A stretch of 63,692 nt of DNA, filler included. It is 6 parts of 6 records of this genome, joined end to end, with 100 filler letters (N's around TTAATTAATTAA, not from the genome) between each part and the next. Parts side by side here need not be neighbours in the genome. Positions count along the whole stretch, not along the records: positions 15,224 to 24,316 come from DRR723986_9285; positions 24,417 to 29,903 come from DRR723986_9297; positions 30,004 to 38,728 come from DRR723986_9299; 3 more parts are not named here. One strand, given 5' to 3'. A program made the translations under genes and the position numbers. Of this stretch, positions 20,339 to 31,434 are shown piece by piece. Within the stretch, counting starts at the first letter, position 1. Each line of letters opens with the position of its first letter. Under the pieces are notes generated by a model. That model made no database searches. It saw only the letters and a list, made by a program, of their open reading frames with translations, and was not told the origin of the DNA.

Positions 20339-21520
20339 TCAGGCCAGCGCGCGCCCGCGCTTTTCGGCGACGGCGGCGCGCAGAACGGCGGCGGTGCGCC
20401 TGCCCCACGCATCCCAGTTCAGGTGATCCTCGTATTCGCGCCGGGCCGAGGCGCAAAGCGCCTCATAGGCGGGCGCGTCGTCCAGATAGCGCCGGATCAG
20501 CGCGGCGAAGTCCCCGGGCGTCGCGCCGACGGGCAGCGCATGGCCGTTGACGCCATCGCGCACCGGCACGCCGCCGACCCGAAGGCACAAGGCCGGCAGC
20601 CCCATGGCCGAAGCCTCGCAGAAGGCGAAGCCGTAGGATTCGTAGGACGGCTGGACGAGGAAATGCGCCTGCGCGATGGCCTGCTCGAAGGTCTGCAATT
20701 CTGCGGGAACGGCCTTGTCCAACTGCGGATGGACCGTCACCGCGTCGGAGCGGTGGAAATCCGGCGGCGTGCAGCCGATCACCGTCAGCCGGGCGTCGAT
20801 GCCGCCGTCGCGCAGCGCCGTCATGCAGTCGAAGGCCACGGGGCCGCCCTTGGCCCACCAGTCGCGCCCGATCATCAGCAGGTGCAGCGGCCTGTCCGGG
20901 GCCAGCGCGCGGGGCGCCGGGGGCGGCGGCGGCGCGATATTGGCGCCCCACGGCAGGACATGCGCCCGGGCCGGGTCGGTGCCGTAGCGCGCCGTCACCG
21001 CCTCGCTCAGCCAGTCCGACGGCCAGAGCAGCAGGTCCGCGCGGTGCAGGGCCGCGTGCTCGCGCCGCTCCACCCAGCCGTCGACCGCGCCGCCAAGGCG
21101 GCCCGGGCGGTCGAACTGCCGGCCGATCTCGGACAGGCGGTAGACCGTCTGCACCGCGTCCGAGGTGAAGGCGCCCACCACCCCCCCGGGGACCGCCACG
21201 CCCGAGAAGGCGGGCAGCGAATAAGCCGCGAAGAGCACGTCGAACCGGCCGGTTCGCAGGGCCTTTCCGGCCGGTTTGCCGATGACCCGCCGCAGCGCGT
21301 AATGCGCGCGCCAGCGGGCGCGGATGGACCAGTGCTCGGGCAGCCGCTCTATCGCGCGGCGCAAAGGCTCTGCCGCCCCCCAATGCTGGGGCAGGATCGT
21401 GACGTCCCCCGCGTGGCGCTGCAGCGCGTCGTAGATCCGCGCGTTGCCGCCGGAATAGAGGCTTCGGTCGAGCGGGGACAGATCGCACAGATAGGCGATG
21501 CGCAGCCTGTCCTCTGTCAT
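20339..21520 (-). CDS. Glycosyltransferase family 4
   Basis: KGG and ESYGFAFCEA (EX7E) motifs. Confidence 0.9.
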   Translation of the reverse strand: MTEDRLRIAYLCDLSPLDRSLYSGGNARIYDALQRHAGDVTILPQHWGAAEPLRRAIERLPEHWSIRARWRAHYALRRVIGKPAGKALRTGRFDVLFAAYSLPAFSGVAVPGGVVGAFTSDAVQTVYRLSEIGRQFDRPGRLGGAVDGWVERREHAALHRADLLLWPSDWLSEAVTARYGTDPARAHVLPWGANIAPPPPPAPRALAPDRPLHLLMIGRDWWAKGGPVAFDCMTALRDGGIDARLTVIGCTPPDFHRSDAVTVHPQLDKAVPAELQTFEQAIAQAHFLVQPSYESYGFAFCEASAMGLPALCLRVGGVPVRDGVNGHALPVGATPGDFAALIRRYLDDAPAYEALCASARREYEDHLNWDAWGRRTAAVLRAAVAEKRGRALA

Positions 21521-21731
21521 GATCCCTTGCCCCCGCCGTTCCGTTCGGCGCCCTGTTACCTCGAAAATGCGGTGATTCCATGGCCCCGGACGCGCGATCG
21601 CTTCCATTCGCCCAACAGTCACGCGATTGTTTCCCGCTTCCAGTTTTCAACGCATTGCAGCCGCGACTTTGCCCCTTCGGCCCGGTAAAAGGGCTGAAAC
21701 GGCCCGATGGGGCCATCACAAGACGGGACCG

Positions 21732-23135
21732 ATGCCCAACCCGATCGCCTATCTCGCGCTGGCCCTCTGGCCGCTGATCGCGGGCGTGCTTTTCGCGCGC
21801 CTGCCGCGAGACCGCGCGGTGATCTGGTCGCTGATGCTGGGCTATCTCTTCCTGCCGGAGCCGCCGGCGGTCTTCGACCTGCCGATGTTCCCGCCCTTCA
21901 CAAAGCACAACCTGCCGGCGCTGGCCGCCTTTGCCATCCTGCTCTGGAAGGACGGCAACCGGGTGCCGCTGCTGCCGCAGAGCGCGGTGGGCAAGGCGTT
22001 GATCTTCACCTTCATCCTCTCGCCCGTGCTGACCGTCGCCACCAACGAGGAACCCGTCTTCTACGGCCAGATCGGCCTGCCCGGGCTGGGGCTGAAGGAC
22101 ATGGTCGCGCTCTCGCTGGAGCAGTCGATGAAGATCCTGCCCTTCCTGCTGGCCCGCCAGCACCTTGCGGCCAGCGGCTCGCAACGCGAGCTTCTGCGCG
22201 CGCTCATGGTGGGGGGGCTCGTCTACTCGCTGTTCATGCTGATCGAGATCCGCCTCTCGCCACAGCTGAACCTCTGGGTCTACGGTTATTACCAGCACTT
22301 CTTCGGCCAATCCATCCGCTCGGGCGGCTTCCGCCCGGTGGTCTTCCTGTACCACGGCCTCTGGGTCGCCTTCTTCTGCATGACCGCCGTCGTCTCGGCC
22401 TGGTCGCTCTGGCGCTGGTCGGAGCCGGGAAGCGGACGGCTGAAGTTCCTCTTCGCGGCGCTTTACCTCTCAGCGGTTCTGGTCCTCGCCAAATCGCTGG
22501 GATCGCTGATCTTCGCGGTGCTTCTGGTGCCCATGGTGATCCTGCTGCCGACGCGGATGCAGATCCGCGTGGCGGTGGTGCTGGGCGCTCTCGCGCTGGC
22601 CTATCCGATCCTCAAGGGCGCCGACCTCGTGCCGCAACAATGGTTGCTGAATCAGGCCGCCGCCATCGACCCGGAGCGGGCGAACAGCCTCGATTTCCGC
22701 TTCGACAACGAGAACACGCTGCTGGACCGCGCCTATGAAAAGCCGATCTTCGGCTGGGGAAGCTGGGGGCGGAACCACATCCTCGACCCGGTCTTCGGCA
22801 ATATCCTGACGGTGACGGACGGGCGCTGGATCATCGTCATCGGCGTCTACGGCTGGGTCGGCTTCCTTGCCGAGTTCGGCCTGCTGCTGCTGCCGCTTCT
22901 GCTGATCGGACGAGAGGCGGCGGCGGCGCGAGAGGGCGCGGTCTCGCAGTTCATCGCGCCGCTCTCGCTGCTTCTGGCGATCAACATGCTGGACCTCCTG
23001 CCCAACGCGACGATCACGCCGCTGACGCTGCTGGTGGCGGGCGCCCTGACAGGCTACGCCGAGGTTCTGCGGGCCGAACGCCTGAAGCTCCGCAAGGCCG
23101 CACCCAAGGGGCTGAAATGGAAATCCATCCTGTGA
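21732..23135 (+). CDS. Wzy/O-antigen ligase-like membrane protein
   Basis: About 12 TM helices, SLDFRF...KPIFGWG loop, flanked by glycosyltransferases. Confidence 0.75.
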   Translation: MPNPIAYLALALWPLIAGVLFARLPRDRAVIWSLMLGYLFLPEPPAVFDLPMFPPFTKHNLPALAAFAILLWKDGNRVPLLPQSAVGKALIFTFILSPVLTVATNEEPVFYGQIGLPGLGLKDMVALSLEQSMKILPFLLARQHLAASGSQRELLRALMVGGLVYSLFMLIEIRLSPQLNLWVYGYYQHFFGQSIRSGGFRPVVFLYHGLWVAFFCMTAVVSAWSLWRWSEPGSGRLKFLFAALYLSAVLVLAKSLGSLIFAVLLVPMVILLPTRMQIRVAVVLGALALAYPILKGADLVPQQWLLNQAAAIDPERANSLDFRFDNENTLLDRAYEKPIFGWGSWGRNHILDPVFGNILTVTDGRWIIVIGVYGWVGFLAEFGLLLLPLLLIGREAAAAREGAVSQFIAPLSLLLAINMLDLLPNATITPLTLLVAGALTGYAEVLRAERLKLRKAAPKGLKWKSIL

Positions 23136-24316
23136 GCCGCCCCCGCGTCCTTGCCATCGCCGAGGCGGCGAACCCGGAATGGGTCAGCGTCCCGCTGGTG
23201 GGCTGGTCGCTGGCCACGGCGCTGCGCGCGGTGGCCGATGTCCATATCGTCACGCAGGTCCGCAACCGCGAGGCCTTTCTGCGCGCCGGGATGGTCGAGG
23301 GGGCGGACTTCACCGCCATCGACTCAGAGGCCTTCGCCGCGCCGATGTGGCGTCTGGCAGAGCGGCTGCGCATGGGCGAGGGCAAGGGCTGGACCGTGGT
23401 GCAGGCGATCAACGCGCTCAGCTATCCCTATTTCGAGCGGCTGGTCTGGAAGCGCTTCGGCCCGAGGATCCGAGACTACGACATCGTCCACCGCATCACG
23501 CCGCTGTCGCCGACGATTTCCTCCTCGCTGGCGGGGCATTGCGCGCGGGCGGGCGTACCCTTCGTCCTTGGCCCGCTGAACGGCGGCGTGCCGTGGCCCA
23601 AGGGGTTCGAGGCCGAACGCGACGCCGAGAAAGAGTGGCTGAGCCGCGTCCGCTCTGCCTACAAGCTGCTGCCCGGGCGCGGCGCGACGCTGCGCCATGC
23701 CTCGGCGATCCTTGCCGGGTCGCGGCACACAGCGTCGGAATTCCCCGAGGCGGTGCGCGACAAGGTGCTCTGGCTGCCCGAGAACGGCATCGACCCGGCG
23801 CGGTTCAACCGCATGGCGGCGCCGGGTGACGGCCCGCTGCGGGCCTGCTTCGTCGGACGGCTGGTGCCCTACAAGGGCTGCGACATGCTGATAGAGGCCG
23901 CCCGCCCGCTGCTGGAACAGGGTCGCCTGCGGCTGGAGATCATCGGCGACGGCCCGATGCGCCCCGCTTTGGAGGCGCAGGCCGAGGGCCTTCCGGGGAT
24001 CACCTTCCACGGCTGGAAGGCCCATGCCGAGGTGCAGGACATCATGGCCGCCTGCCACCTGCTCTCCTTCCCCTCGATCCGCGAATTCGGCGGCGGCGTG
24101 GTGCTGGAGGCGATGGCGCTGGGGGTCGTGCCGCTGATCGTCGACTATGCCGGGCCGGGCGAACTGGTCGGTCCGGAAACCGGCCTCAAGGTGCCCTGCG
24201 GCACGCGGGATCGGATCACGCAGGCCTTCCGCAGCGCGCTGGAGCGGTTGGCCGCCGATCCATCCAGCCTGCCCGCCATGGCAGAGGCCGCGCGGCACAG
24301 GGTTCGGGATCACTTC
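23117..24316 (+). CDS. Glycosyltransferase family 4 (3' truncated)
   Basis: [26 protein letters not shown]. Confidence 0.92.
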
Positions 24317-24416
24317 NNNNNNNNNNNNNNNNNNNNNNNNNNNNNNNNNNNNNNNNNNNNTTAATTAATTAANNNNNNNNNNNNNNNNNNNNNNNNNNNN
24401 NNNNNNNNNNNNNNNN
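24317..24416. other. Artificial contig linker
   Basis: N-run + TTAATTAATTAA + N-run. Confidence 0.99.
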
Positions 24417-24451
24417 TGTACGCCCGGTGTACGGGGGGCACCCCCCTCTTT

Positions 24452-25657
24452 TCAGCCCACGATGTTGAAGCCGGGGCCGTAGGGGTAGCCGGTGATGTTC
24501 TCGGCCCCGTCCTCGGTGATGATCAGGATATCATGCTCGCGATAGCCGCCCGCGCCGGGCTGGCCTTCGGGGATCGTGATCATCGGCTCCATGGAAATCA
24601 CCATGCCCGGTTCCAGCACCGTGTCGATGTCTTCACGCAGTTCCAGCCCCGCCTCGCGGCCATAGTAGTGCGAGAGCACGCCAAAGCTGTGACCGTAGCC
24701 GAAGCTGCGGTATTGCAGCAGGTTCCGTTCAGCGAAGAAGTCGTTGATTTTATGGGTAACTTCCGAGCAAGATGCACCCGGCTTCAGCAGGCTCATCCCG
24801 TATTCATGGGCGCCCACATTGGCCTCCCAATAGGCCAGAGAGGCGTCGTCCACCTCCTCCACAAACATCGTCCGTTCCAGCGCGGTGTAGTAGCCCGAGA
24901 TCATCGGGAAGGTGTTGAGGCTGAGGATATCGCCCCGCTGCAAGATGCGGCCCGTCACGGGGTTATGCGCGCCATCTGTGTTGATGCCCGACTGGAACCA
25001 GACCCAGGTGTCGCGGTATTCCGCATCGGGGTAGCGGCGGGCGATTTCCAGCTCCATCGCGTCACGACCAGCAATCGCCACGTCAATCTCTCTAACGCCT
25101 TGTTTTACCGCGTCTTTGATGGCGTATCCACCCACGTCCGCCACGGCAGCCCCGGCCCGGATCAGCTCGATTTCGGCCGCAGATTTGCGCATCCGCTGCT
25201 GCATGGTGTGGCCCGCGATATCGGTCTCGGAGGCCGGGTTGAGGAACGCCCGCATCTTGCCCTGCTGCAGCAGTGTCAGGTGATCGGCCTCGAACCCGAT
25301 AACCTTTCCTTCACCTGTCACATGTAGGATCGCCCGCCAGAAGTTGTCGCGCTTCCAGTCGGTATAGGTGATGTTGTCGGTCGCGCCCCGCCGCCACGGC
25401 TGACCGGCATCAATGCCGGCGCTGATGGTCACGGCCTCGGACGCGGTGACAACCAACGCATAGGGCCGCCCGAAGGCGCAATAGAGAAAGCCTGAGTAAT
25501 AGGCGATATTGTGCATAGACGTCATGACCGCCGCATCGACGCCATGGGCGTCCATGATCGCGCGCAGGCCCATCAGGCGGGCGTCATATTCGGCTTGGGT
25601 GAACTGAAGGGCAGGTTTGTCGCCATTATGCAGGCGGTAGAATTCGGGACGGTCCAT
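24452..25657 (-). CDS. Creatinase (creatine amidinohydrolase, M24 fold)
   Basis: HNGDK, FLYCAFGRPY, GQPWRR, YTDWKRDN, NTDGAHNP, YTALERT, SHYYGREAGLELRED, GGYREHD. Confidence 0.93.
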   Translation of the reverse strand: MDRPEFYRLHNGDKPALQFTQAEYDARLMGLRAIMDAHGVDAAVMTSMHNIAYYSGFLYCAFGRPYALVVTASEAVTISAGIDAGQPWRRGATDNITYTDWKRDNFWRAILHVTGEGKVIGFEADHLTLLQQGKMRAFLNPASETDIAGHTMQQRMRKSAAEIELIRAGAAVADVGGYAIKDAVKQGVREIDVAIAGRDAMELEIARRYPDAEYRDTWVWFQSGINTDGAHNPVTGRILQRGDILSLNTFPMISGYYTALERTMFVEEVDDASLAYWEANVGAHEYGMSLLKPGASCSEVTHKINDFFAERNLLQYRSFGYGHSFGVLSHYYGREAGLELREDIDTVLEPGMVISMEPMITIPEGQPGAGGYREHDILIITEDGAENITGYPYGPGFNIVG

Positions 25658-25797
25658 GGGAAGTTCCTTCATATGACCAAGGCCCCGGCGTACAGGGCGG
25701 TCGCGGGGAGGGCCCGCAGGCAAGCAGCGAAGCGCTGCCGGAACGACGCCATCGCCCCTGCCTGAATGGCGATATAGCGCGATCCGGGCGCGTCGCG

Positions 25798-26730
25798 CTA
25801 GCCTTTTTGCGACACGATCAGGTCGCGTGCTTTCGGGCCGTTGGCCCAGCCGAGCAACAGATCCTGCACCACCGCCACGGCTCTTTTCGGGCGGCCTTCC
25901 GCGCGCCCGACCAAAAGGGTGATCGGCGGCAGATCATCGGGTAGCGGAACCGAGGCCAAGCCCTCGCCGCCATAGCTGCGGTCGGTACGTGGGCGCATGT
26001 TCAGCACCGCCAGCCCCGCCCCCGCGCCGACCATGCTGCGCACCATTTCGGTTGTGTTGGCCCGCGCTGAAATGCGCGGCGCCAGCCCCCTCTCGCGGAA
26101 CAGCGCGGTCACGTAAGGTTCCGCCACGGGAAGGTCGAGCAAGACCAGCGGATGGGCCGCGACATCGGCCAACGTCGCGCGCCCTTGTGCAATCGGGTGA
26201 CCAAGCGGGGCAAGCACATAGGGCGGCAGGTCAAGCAGTTTGCCGGTGACGATCCCGGACCGCACGGGGGCGGCGGCGAAGAGGATAAGGTCCAGCCGTC
26301 CGGCAAGTAACGCCGCCTGCGCCGCATCGGCAGAACAGTCGATCAGGGTGATTTCCAACGCCGGATTTGCCTGCTGCAAAGGGATCAGCAGACCCGGAAG
26401 AAACGCGGGTGCTACCGGGGCGTAATAGCCGATGCGCAATTGGCCCGAGAGAGTCGCCGCCCCCGCACGCGCATCCTCCAGCACGCTGTCGCAATCCTCC
26501 AGCAACGCCCGGAACCGCACCGCAAGCACCCTGCCCTCCTCGGTCGGGGCAATTCCCTTGGCTCGCGTGCGCACCAACAAGGCCGCGCCGACCTCGGCCT
26601 CGACCTGATCCACCGCGGCCGCGACGGCAGAGGCCGCGATGTTAAGCCGCCGCCCCGCCGCCGCGATCGAGCCGTCCTCGACCGTTGCCGCGAAGGCCGC
26701 CATGGCACGCAAGGACACACGGGTGGACAT
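25798..26730 (-). CDS. LysR-type regulator
   Basis: N-terminal HTH (GSIAAAGRRLNIAASAV), GQLRIG, MVGAGAGLAVL. Confidence 0.93.
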   Translation of the reverse strand: MSTRVSLRAMAAFAATVEDGSIAAAGRRLNIAASAVAAAVDQVEAEVGAALLVRTRAKGIAPTEEGRVLAVRFRALLEDCDSVLEDARAGAATLSGQLRIGYYAPVAPAFLPGLLIPLQQANPALEITLIDCSADAAQAALLAGRLDLILFAAAPVRSGIVTGKLLDLPPYVLAPLGHPIAQGRATLADVAAHPLVLLDLPVAEPYVTALFRERGLAPRISARANTTEMVRSMVGAGAGLAVLNMRPRTDRSYGGEGLASVPLPDDLPPITLLVGRAEGRPKRAVAVVQDLLLGWANGPKARDLIVSQKG

Positions 26731-26830
26731 GACAATAACCCCTTCGAATCAGGCTTTGATAACCTGATAATACTGATTTTCCGATGTTTGACCTCATGGC
26801 ATGATCCCCCCGCAAACAGGGAGACCGACG

Positions 26831-27811
26831 ATGCAGGACAGACCCGATCAGATCCCCGGGTGGAACCACGTGCCGGACGTGCCCATTCAGGTTTCGCCCT
26901 TCTTCAGCTGGCCACCCGACCCCATGCGCATGATCCGCTGGATCGCGGTGCGCTGGCTTGGCATTGCGGAGAACCTGCTGGTGCTGGCGCTGGCAACAAT
27001 AAGCTGGCTCTGGTTTCAGCCACCGCTGGAGGTCACGGCGACACTTGCACCGGGCTGGATCTTTGGACTCTGGCTTCGCAATCTGATCCTGATTTCCCTG
27101 GTTGCGGGCGTGCTTCACTGGATCTTCTACATGCGCAAGGCGCAGGGGGCGCGGCTGAAATTCGACCCCCGCGATCTGATGCACAAGGGTCGCCAGTTCA
27201 CCTTTGGCGGGCAGGTGCGCGACAACATGTTCTGGACCCTCGGCAGTGGGGTCGGGTTCTGGACGGCTTACGAAGTGCTGATGTTCTGGGCCATGGGCAA
27301 TGCCTATGCGCCGCTGCTGTCGCCTGCTGACCACCCGATCCTGTTCGTGCTGTGGTTCCTGCTGACGCCTGTCTGGATTTCGTTCCATTTCTACTGGGTT
27401 CACCGGGCGCTGCATTGGGGGCCGCTCTATCGCATTGCCCACGCCCTGCATCACCGCAATATCAATGTCGGGCCATGGTCGGGCCTGTCGATGCACCCGG
27501 TCGAACACCTGATCTTCTTCAGCTCGATCCTGATCCACCTGATCGTGCCCGCGCATCCGCTGCACATCCTGTTTCACATGCAGCACCAGTCGCTGACGGC
27601 GGCGACGTCGCATACCGGGTTTGAAAACCTGTTGGTTCAGGACCGGAAGCGTCTTGCGCTTGGCACCTTTCACCACCAGATGCACCACCGCTATTTCGAG
27701 GTGAACTACGGCAATCTGGAAATGCCGTGGGACAAATGGTTCGGTTCATTCCACGATGGCACGCCCGCCGCGCATGAGCGGTTGAAATCCCGCCGCGGGC
27801 GGGGTGCATAG
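26831..27811 (+). CDS. Sterol desaturase / fatty acid hydroxylase family protein
   Basis: His boxes HRALH, HALHH, HQMHH, then NYG...WDKWFGS. Confidence 0.93.
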   Translation: MQDRPDQIPGWNHVPDVPIQVSPFFSWPPDPMRMIRWIAVRWLGIAENLLVLALATISWLWFQPPLEVTATLAPGWIFGLWLRNLILISLVAGVLHWIFYMRKAQGARLKFDPRDLMHKGRQFTFGGQVRDNMFWTLGSGVGFWTAYEVLMFWAMGNAYAPLLSPADHPILFVLWFLLTPVWISFHFYWVHRALHWGPLYRIAHALHHRNINVGPWSGLSMHPVEHLIFFSSILIHLIVPAHPLHILFHMQHQSLTAATSHTGFENLLVQDRKRLALGTFHHQMHHRYFEVNYGNLEMPWDKWFGSFHDGTPAAHERLKSRRGRGA

Positions 27812-27850
27812 CCCCTTTCCAACCGCTACCGTTTCTCTAAGGTGGCGGCC

Positions 27851-28795
27851 ATGCTGCGCTTTATCCTTGGCCGCCTTATCTCGCTGAGCCTCAGCCTGAT
27901 CGTCGCAAGTCTCGTCATCTTCACGGTGATCGAGGTCATTCCCGGCGACCCGGCGGCGTTCATGCTTGGCCTCAATGCGGATGAGGCCACGGTACAGGCT
28001 CTGCGCGCCGATCTGGGGCTGGATGGGTCCAACGCACAGCGCTATCTGGCTTGGATCGCGGGGATGGTACAGGGCGATTTCGGCACCTCCTACACCTACC
28101 GTGTCCCGGTGGCCGAGCTTGTGGCGGATCGGCTGTGGGTGTCGCTACCGCTGGCCGTGCTGTCGCTGATCCTGTCTACGGTCATCGCCTTTCCGGTCGG
28201 CCTGATGGCCGCCGCAAACCGGGGACGGGCGGCGGATTACGGCATCATGGGCGGCACGCAGCTTGGCATTGCAATCCCCAATTTCTGGTTCGGAATGCTG
28301 CTGGTGCTGGTCTTTGCGGTGAATTTGCGCTGGTTCAGCGCGGGCGGGTTTCCCGGGTGGGAGACCCCGCTTCTGGCGCTGAAATCACTACTGCTGCCCT
28401 CGGTCGCGCTGGCCCTTCCACAAGCGGCGATCCTGGCGCGGGTGATGCGATCGGCCCTGATCGAAACACTGGCGCAGGACTATATGCGCACCGCACGGGC
28501 CAAGGGGCTGAGCCGTCGTCAGGCTTTGCTGCGCCATGCGCTGCGCAACGCGCTGATCCCGGTGCTGACCATCATCGGGTTGCAATTTTCCTTCCTGCTG
28601 GCGGGTGCGATCATCATCGAGAATGTGTTCTTCCTGCCCGGCCTCGGGCGGCTGATTTTTCAGGGCATCACACAGCGCGATCTGGTGGTGGTGGAATCGG
28701 TGACCATGCTGCTGGTCTTCGCGGTGATCGTCGTCACCTTCCTTGTCGATATCGCCTATGCCATCGCAGACCCGAGACTGAGGCGCCGCGCATGA
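27851..28795 (+). CDS. Peptide/nickel ABC transporter permease (DppB-like)
   Basis: PGDPA, GDFGTS, TARAKGL...HALRNA. Confidence 0.95.
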   Translation: MLRFILGRLISLSLSLIVASLVIFTVIEVIPGDPAAFMLGLNADEATVQALRADLGLDGSNAQRYLAWIAGMVQGDFGTSYTYRVPVAELVADRLWVSLPLAVLSLILSTVIAFPVGLMAAANRGRAADYGIMGGTQLGIAIPNFWFGMLLVLVFAVNLRWFSAGGFPGWETPLLALKSLLLPSVALALPQAAILARVMRSALIETLAQDYMRTARAKGLSRRQALLRHALRNALIPVLTIIGLQFSFLLAGAIIIENVFFLPGLGRLIFQGITQRDLVVVESVTMLLVFAVIVVTFLVDIAYAIADPRLRRRA

Positions 28796-29616
28796 AACGC
28801 CTGCCCGTCCCCCTGATTTTCGGCGCGGCCTTGTCGTCGGTCTTCCTTGCCATGGCGCTGCTCAGCTTCGTCTGGACGCCCCATGACGTGGAACAGTTGG
28901 TGATCGCCAGCCGGCTGCAACCCTCTTCTGCCGAATTCTGGCTTGGCACCGACCAGTTCGGGCGAGACTTGCTGTCGATGCTGATGGTAGGTGCGCGGGT
29001 ATCGCTGGCGGTGGCCCTTGTCGCCGTCGGCATCGGCGTCGCCATCGGCGTCCCCCTCGGCCTTGCCGCAGCAGCCACACGCGGCAGCCTGTTGGATGAG
29101 CTGATCATGCGCGGCAATGACCTGATCTTTGCCTTTCCCAGCCTTGTCATCGCCATTCTGATCACCGCCGTTTTCGGCCCCTCCGCCTTTAACGCGATCA
29201 TTGCCATCGGCATCTTCAACATCCCCGTTTTCGCCCGTGTCGCGCGCGGTGGTGCGCTGAGCCTCTGGACGTTGGACTACATCCTCGCCGCCCGTGTGGC
29301 CGGAAAGGGCAAGGCGCGGATCAGCGCGGAACACATCCTGCCAAATATCGCCAACCTGCTGATCGTGCAGGCCACCATCCAGTTTTCGCTTGGCATTCTG
29401 GCAGAGGCCGCGCTGTCCTACGTGGGCCTGTCGGTCCAGCCGCCCACCCCCAGTTGGGGCCGGATGCTGGCAGACGCGCAAACGATGATTTACACCCACC
29501 CGATGCTGGCGGTGCTGCCGGGGCTTGCCATCGTGCTGATGGTGCTTGGGCTGAACCTGATGGGCGACGGTTTGCGCGACATGCTGGACCCGCGCTTGCG
29601 GAGGGTTCGGCAATGA
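28792..29616 (+). CDS. Peptide/nickel ABC transporter permease (DppC-like)
   Basis: LGTDQFGRD, HILPN, PSWGRML, GDGLRD. ATGA coupling. Confidence 0.95.
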   Translation: MKRLPVPLIFGAALSSVFLAMALLSFVWTPHDVEQLVIASRLQPSSAEFWLGTDQFGRDLLSMLMVGARVSLAVALVAVGIGVAIGVPLGLAAAATRGSLLDELIMRGNDLIFAFPSLVIAILITAVFGPSAFNAIIAIGIFNIPVFARVARGGALSLWTLDYILAARVAGKGKARISAEHILPNIANLLIVQATIQFSLGILAEAALSYVGLSVQPPTPSWGRMLADAQTMIYTHPMLAVLPGLAIVLMVLGLNLMGDGLRDMLDPRLRRVRQ

Positions 29617-29903
29617 TCGAGGTCGACCGCCTGTCGCTGGACATCCACGGCACACCGATCCTGCGGGACGTGTCCTTCGCCATGCAGCCGGGCCACACCT
29701 TCGGGCTGGTGGGTGAAAGCGGGTCGGGCAAGTCGATGACGGCGCTGGCGCTGATGCAATTACTGCCGGACGGGTCGCGCACCAGCGGTCATGCCCGCCT
29801 TGACGGGACTGACCTGCTGAACCGCCCCGAGGCTGAGATGTGCGCCCTGCGCGGCAACGAACTGGGCATGATCTTTCAGGAACCGATGACAGCCCTGAAC
29901 CCG
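29613..29903 (+). CDS. ABC transporter ATPase (DppD-like, truncated)
   Basis: Walker A GESGSGKS and IFQEPMTALNP. Confidence 0.93.
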
Positions 29904-30003
29904 NNNNNNNNNNNNNNNNNNNNNNNNNNNNNNNNNNNNNNNNNNNNTTAATTAATTAANNNNNNNNNNNNNNNNNNNNNNNNNNNNNNNNNNNNNNNNN
30001 NNN
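29904..30003. other. Artificial contig linker
   Basis: N-run + TTAATTAATTAA + N-run. Confidence 0.99.
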
Positions 30004-30164
30004 CGGTATTTGGGCCAAGAAGAAGCGCAAGGGTGGGCGCCCTGGCGGCGGGCCGGGGGTGCTCCGGCGGGGCGGTCGGCCCGGGTCTGGCGCGGGGCCG
30101 GGTGGGCGGTGTTGGGGCTGTCCGTGCCGTGGGTGTCGGGCGGGCGGCCGTGCGCGGGGTGGCC

Positions 30165-30965
30165 TCAGAGGTCATAGGTCAGGACCATGCCGTCGAAGGC
30201 GGGGGTGACGTGGGCCGGGGTCTCTGCCGCGACCGTCTCGAAGTCGAGGTCGACGTGCATGTTGGTCAGCACGGCGCGGCGGGGGGCGGCGCGGGCGATC
30301 CATTCGAGCGCGAGGTCGAGGTGGGCGTGGGTGGGGTGCGGGGTTCGGCGCAGGGCATCGAGGATCCAGCAGTCGAGGTTCCGAAGGTGGGGCCATGCGT
30401 CCTCGGGCATCTTCGCCACGTCGGGCAGGTAGGCGAGGTCGGCGATGCGGAAGCCGAGCGCGTCGATGCTGCCGTGGTTCACCCGGAAGGGGGTCAGCGT
30501 CACCGGGCCGCCCGCGCCTTCGATGGTGAAGGGGCCGGCGATGGTGTGCAGCCGCAGGATCGGCGGGTAGGGCGAGCCTTCGGGCTGGGCGAAGGCATAG
30601 CCGAAGCGGGAGAGCAGGTCGGACTGGGTGTCTCCGTCGGCCCAGACGTTCAGGCGTTCGCGGGAGTTGAAGACGATCTGGCGCAGGTCGTCGAGGCCGT
30701 GGACGTGATCGGCATGCGCGTGGGTCCAGGCCACCGCATCGAGGTGGCCGATGCCCGCGTCCAGAAGCTGCGCGCGCATGTCCGGGCCGGTGTCGATCAG
30801 CACGCGGGTGGTGCCGTCCGCGGTCTCGCGTTCCACAAGCAGGGAGCAGCGACGGCGGCGGTTCCTGGGGTTCGCCGGGTCGCAGTCGCCCCAGATGCCG
30901 CCGAGGCGGGGAACGCCCCCGGAGGAGCCGCAGCCGAGGATGGTGAAGCGCAGGGTGGCGGTCAT
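30165..30965 (-). CDS. MBL-fold metallohydrolase (PhnP-like)
   Basis: LGCGSSGGVP, IDTGPD, THAHADHVHG. Confidence 0.93.
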   Translation of the reverse strand: MTATLRFTILGCGSSGGVPRLGGIWGDCDPANPRNRRRRCSLLVERETADGTTRVLIDTGPDMRAQLLDAGIGHLDAVAWTHAHADHVHGLDDLRQIVFNSRERLNVWADGDTQSDLLSRFGYAFAQPEGSPYPPILRLHTIAGPFTIEGAGGPVTLTPFRVNHGSIDALGFRIADLAYLPDVAKMPEDAWPHLRNLDCWILDALRRTPHPTHAHLDLALEWIARAAPRRAVLTNMHVDLDFETVAAETPAHVTPAFDGMVLTYDL

Positions 30966-31434
30966 GCTGGTCGGGTCCGGGTGGGGATCGGTTGAGGCTT
31001 TGCCCCGCGCGGGGGGCGGGCGGCGGGGGACGGCGGGCAGTAGGTCCGGAGCGTTCGGAGCCGGGGCCCGCCGGGCGCGAGGCCCGCTCCGGGGCGCCTG
31101 TCGAGGCCGGGCGCGGGCGCCGCGCCGTGCCGCTGCGTGATGCCTTTGCGGGCCGGTCCCGACTGGGGTCGGCGGGGGGCGCTGTGTTCGGCGGGCTGTG
31201 CAAGGCATTCCCGTGCGGGGGAAAAATGATGGCGAGGCTGTGCCGGCGGCAGGGGGGATAGGCGGAACGTGGCCTGTTCGGCGATCTGACCCAAGCCTTC
31301 CCGTGCCGGGGAGGCGCGACGGCGGTTCTGCGCCGGGCGGAAGGCGGAGAGGCGGGGCGCGGACGGATGTGGCGCGGGGGCGTGAGCCTCGCCGGGCCGG
31401 GGGTGTCGCGGGGGTGTTGCGGGCCGGGCGGGGC

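Noticed and set aside
30004-30165. GC-rich simple sequence at the start of contig 4, and TGTAC repeats at 24417-24446
   Set aside because: Probably common short intergenic repeats. Only single partial copies are present, so they cannot be supported as features.
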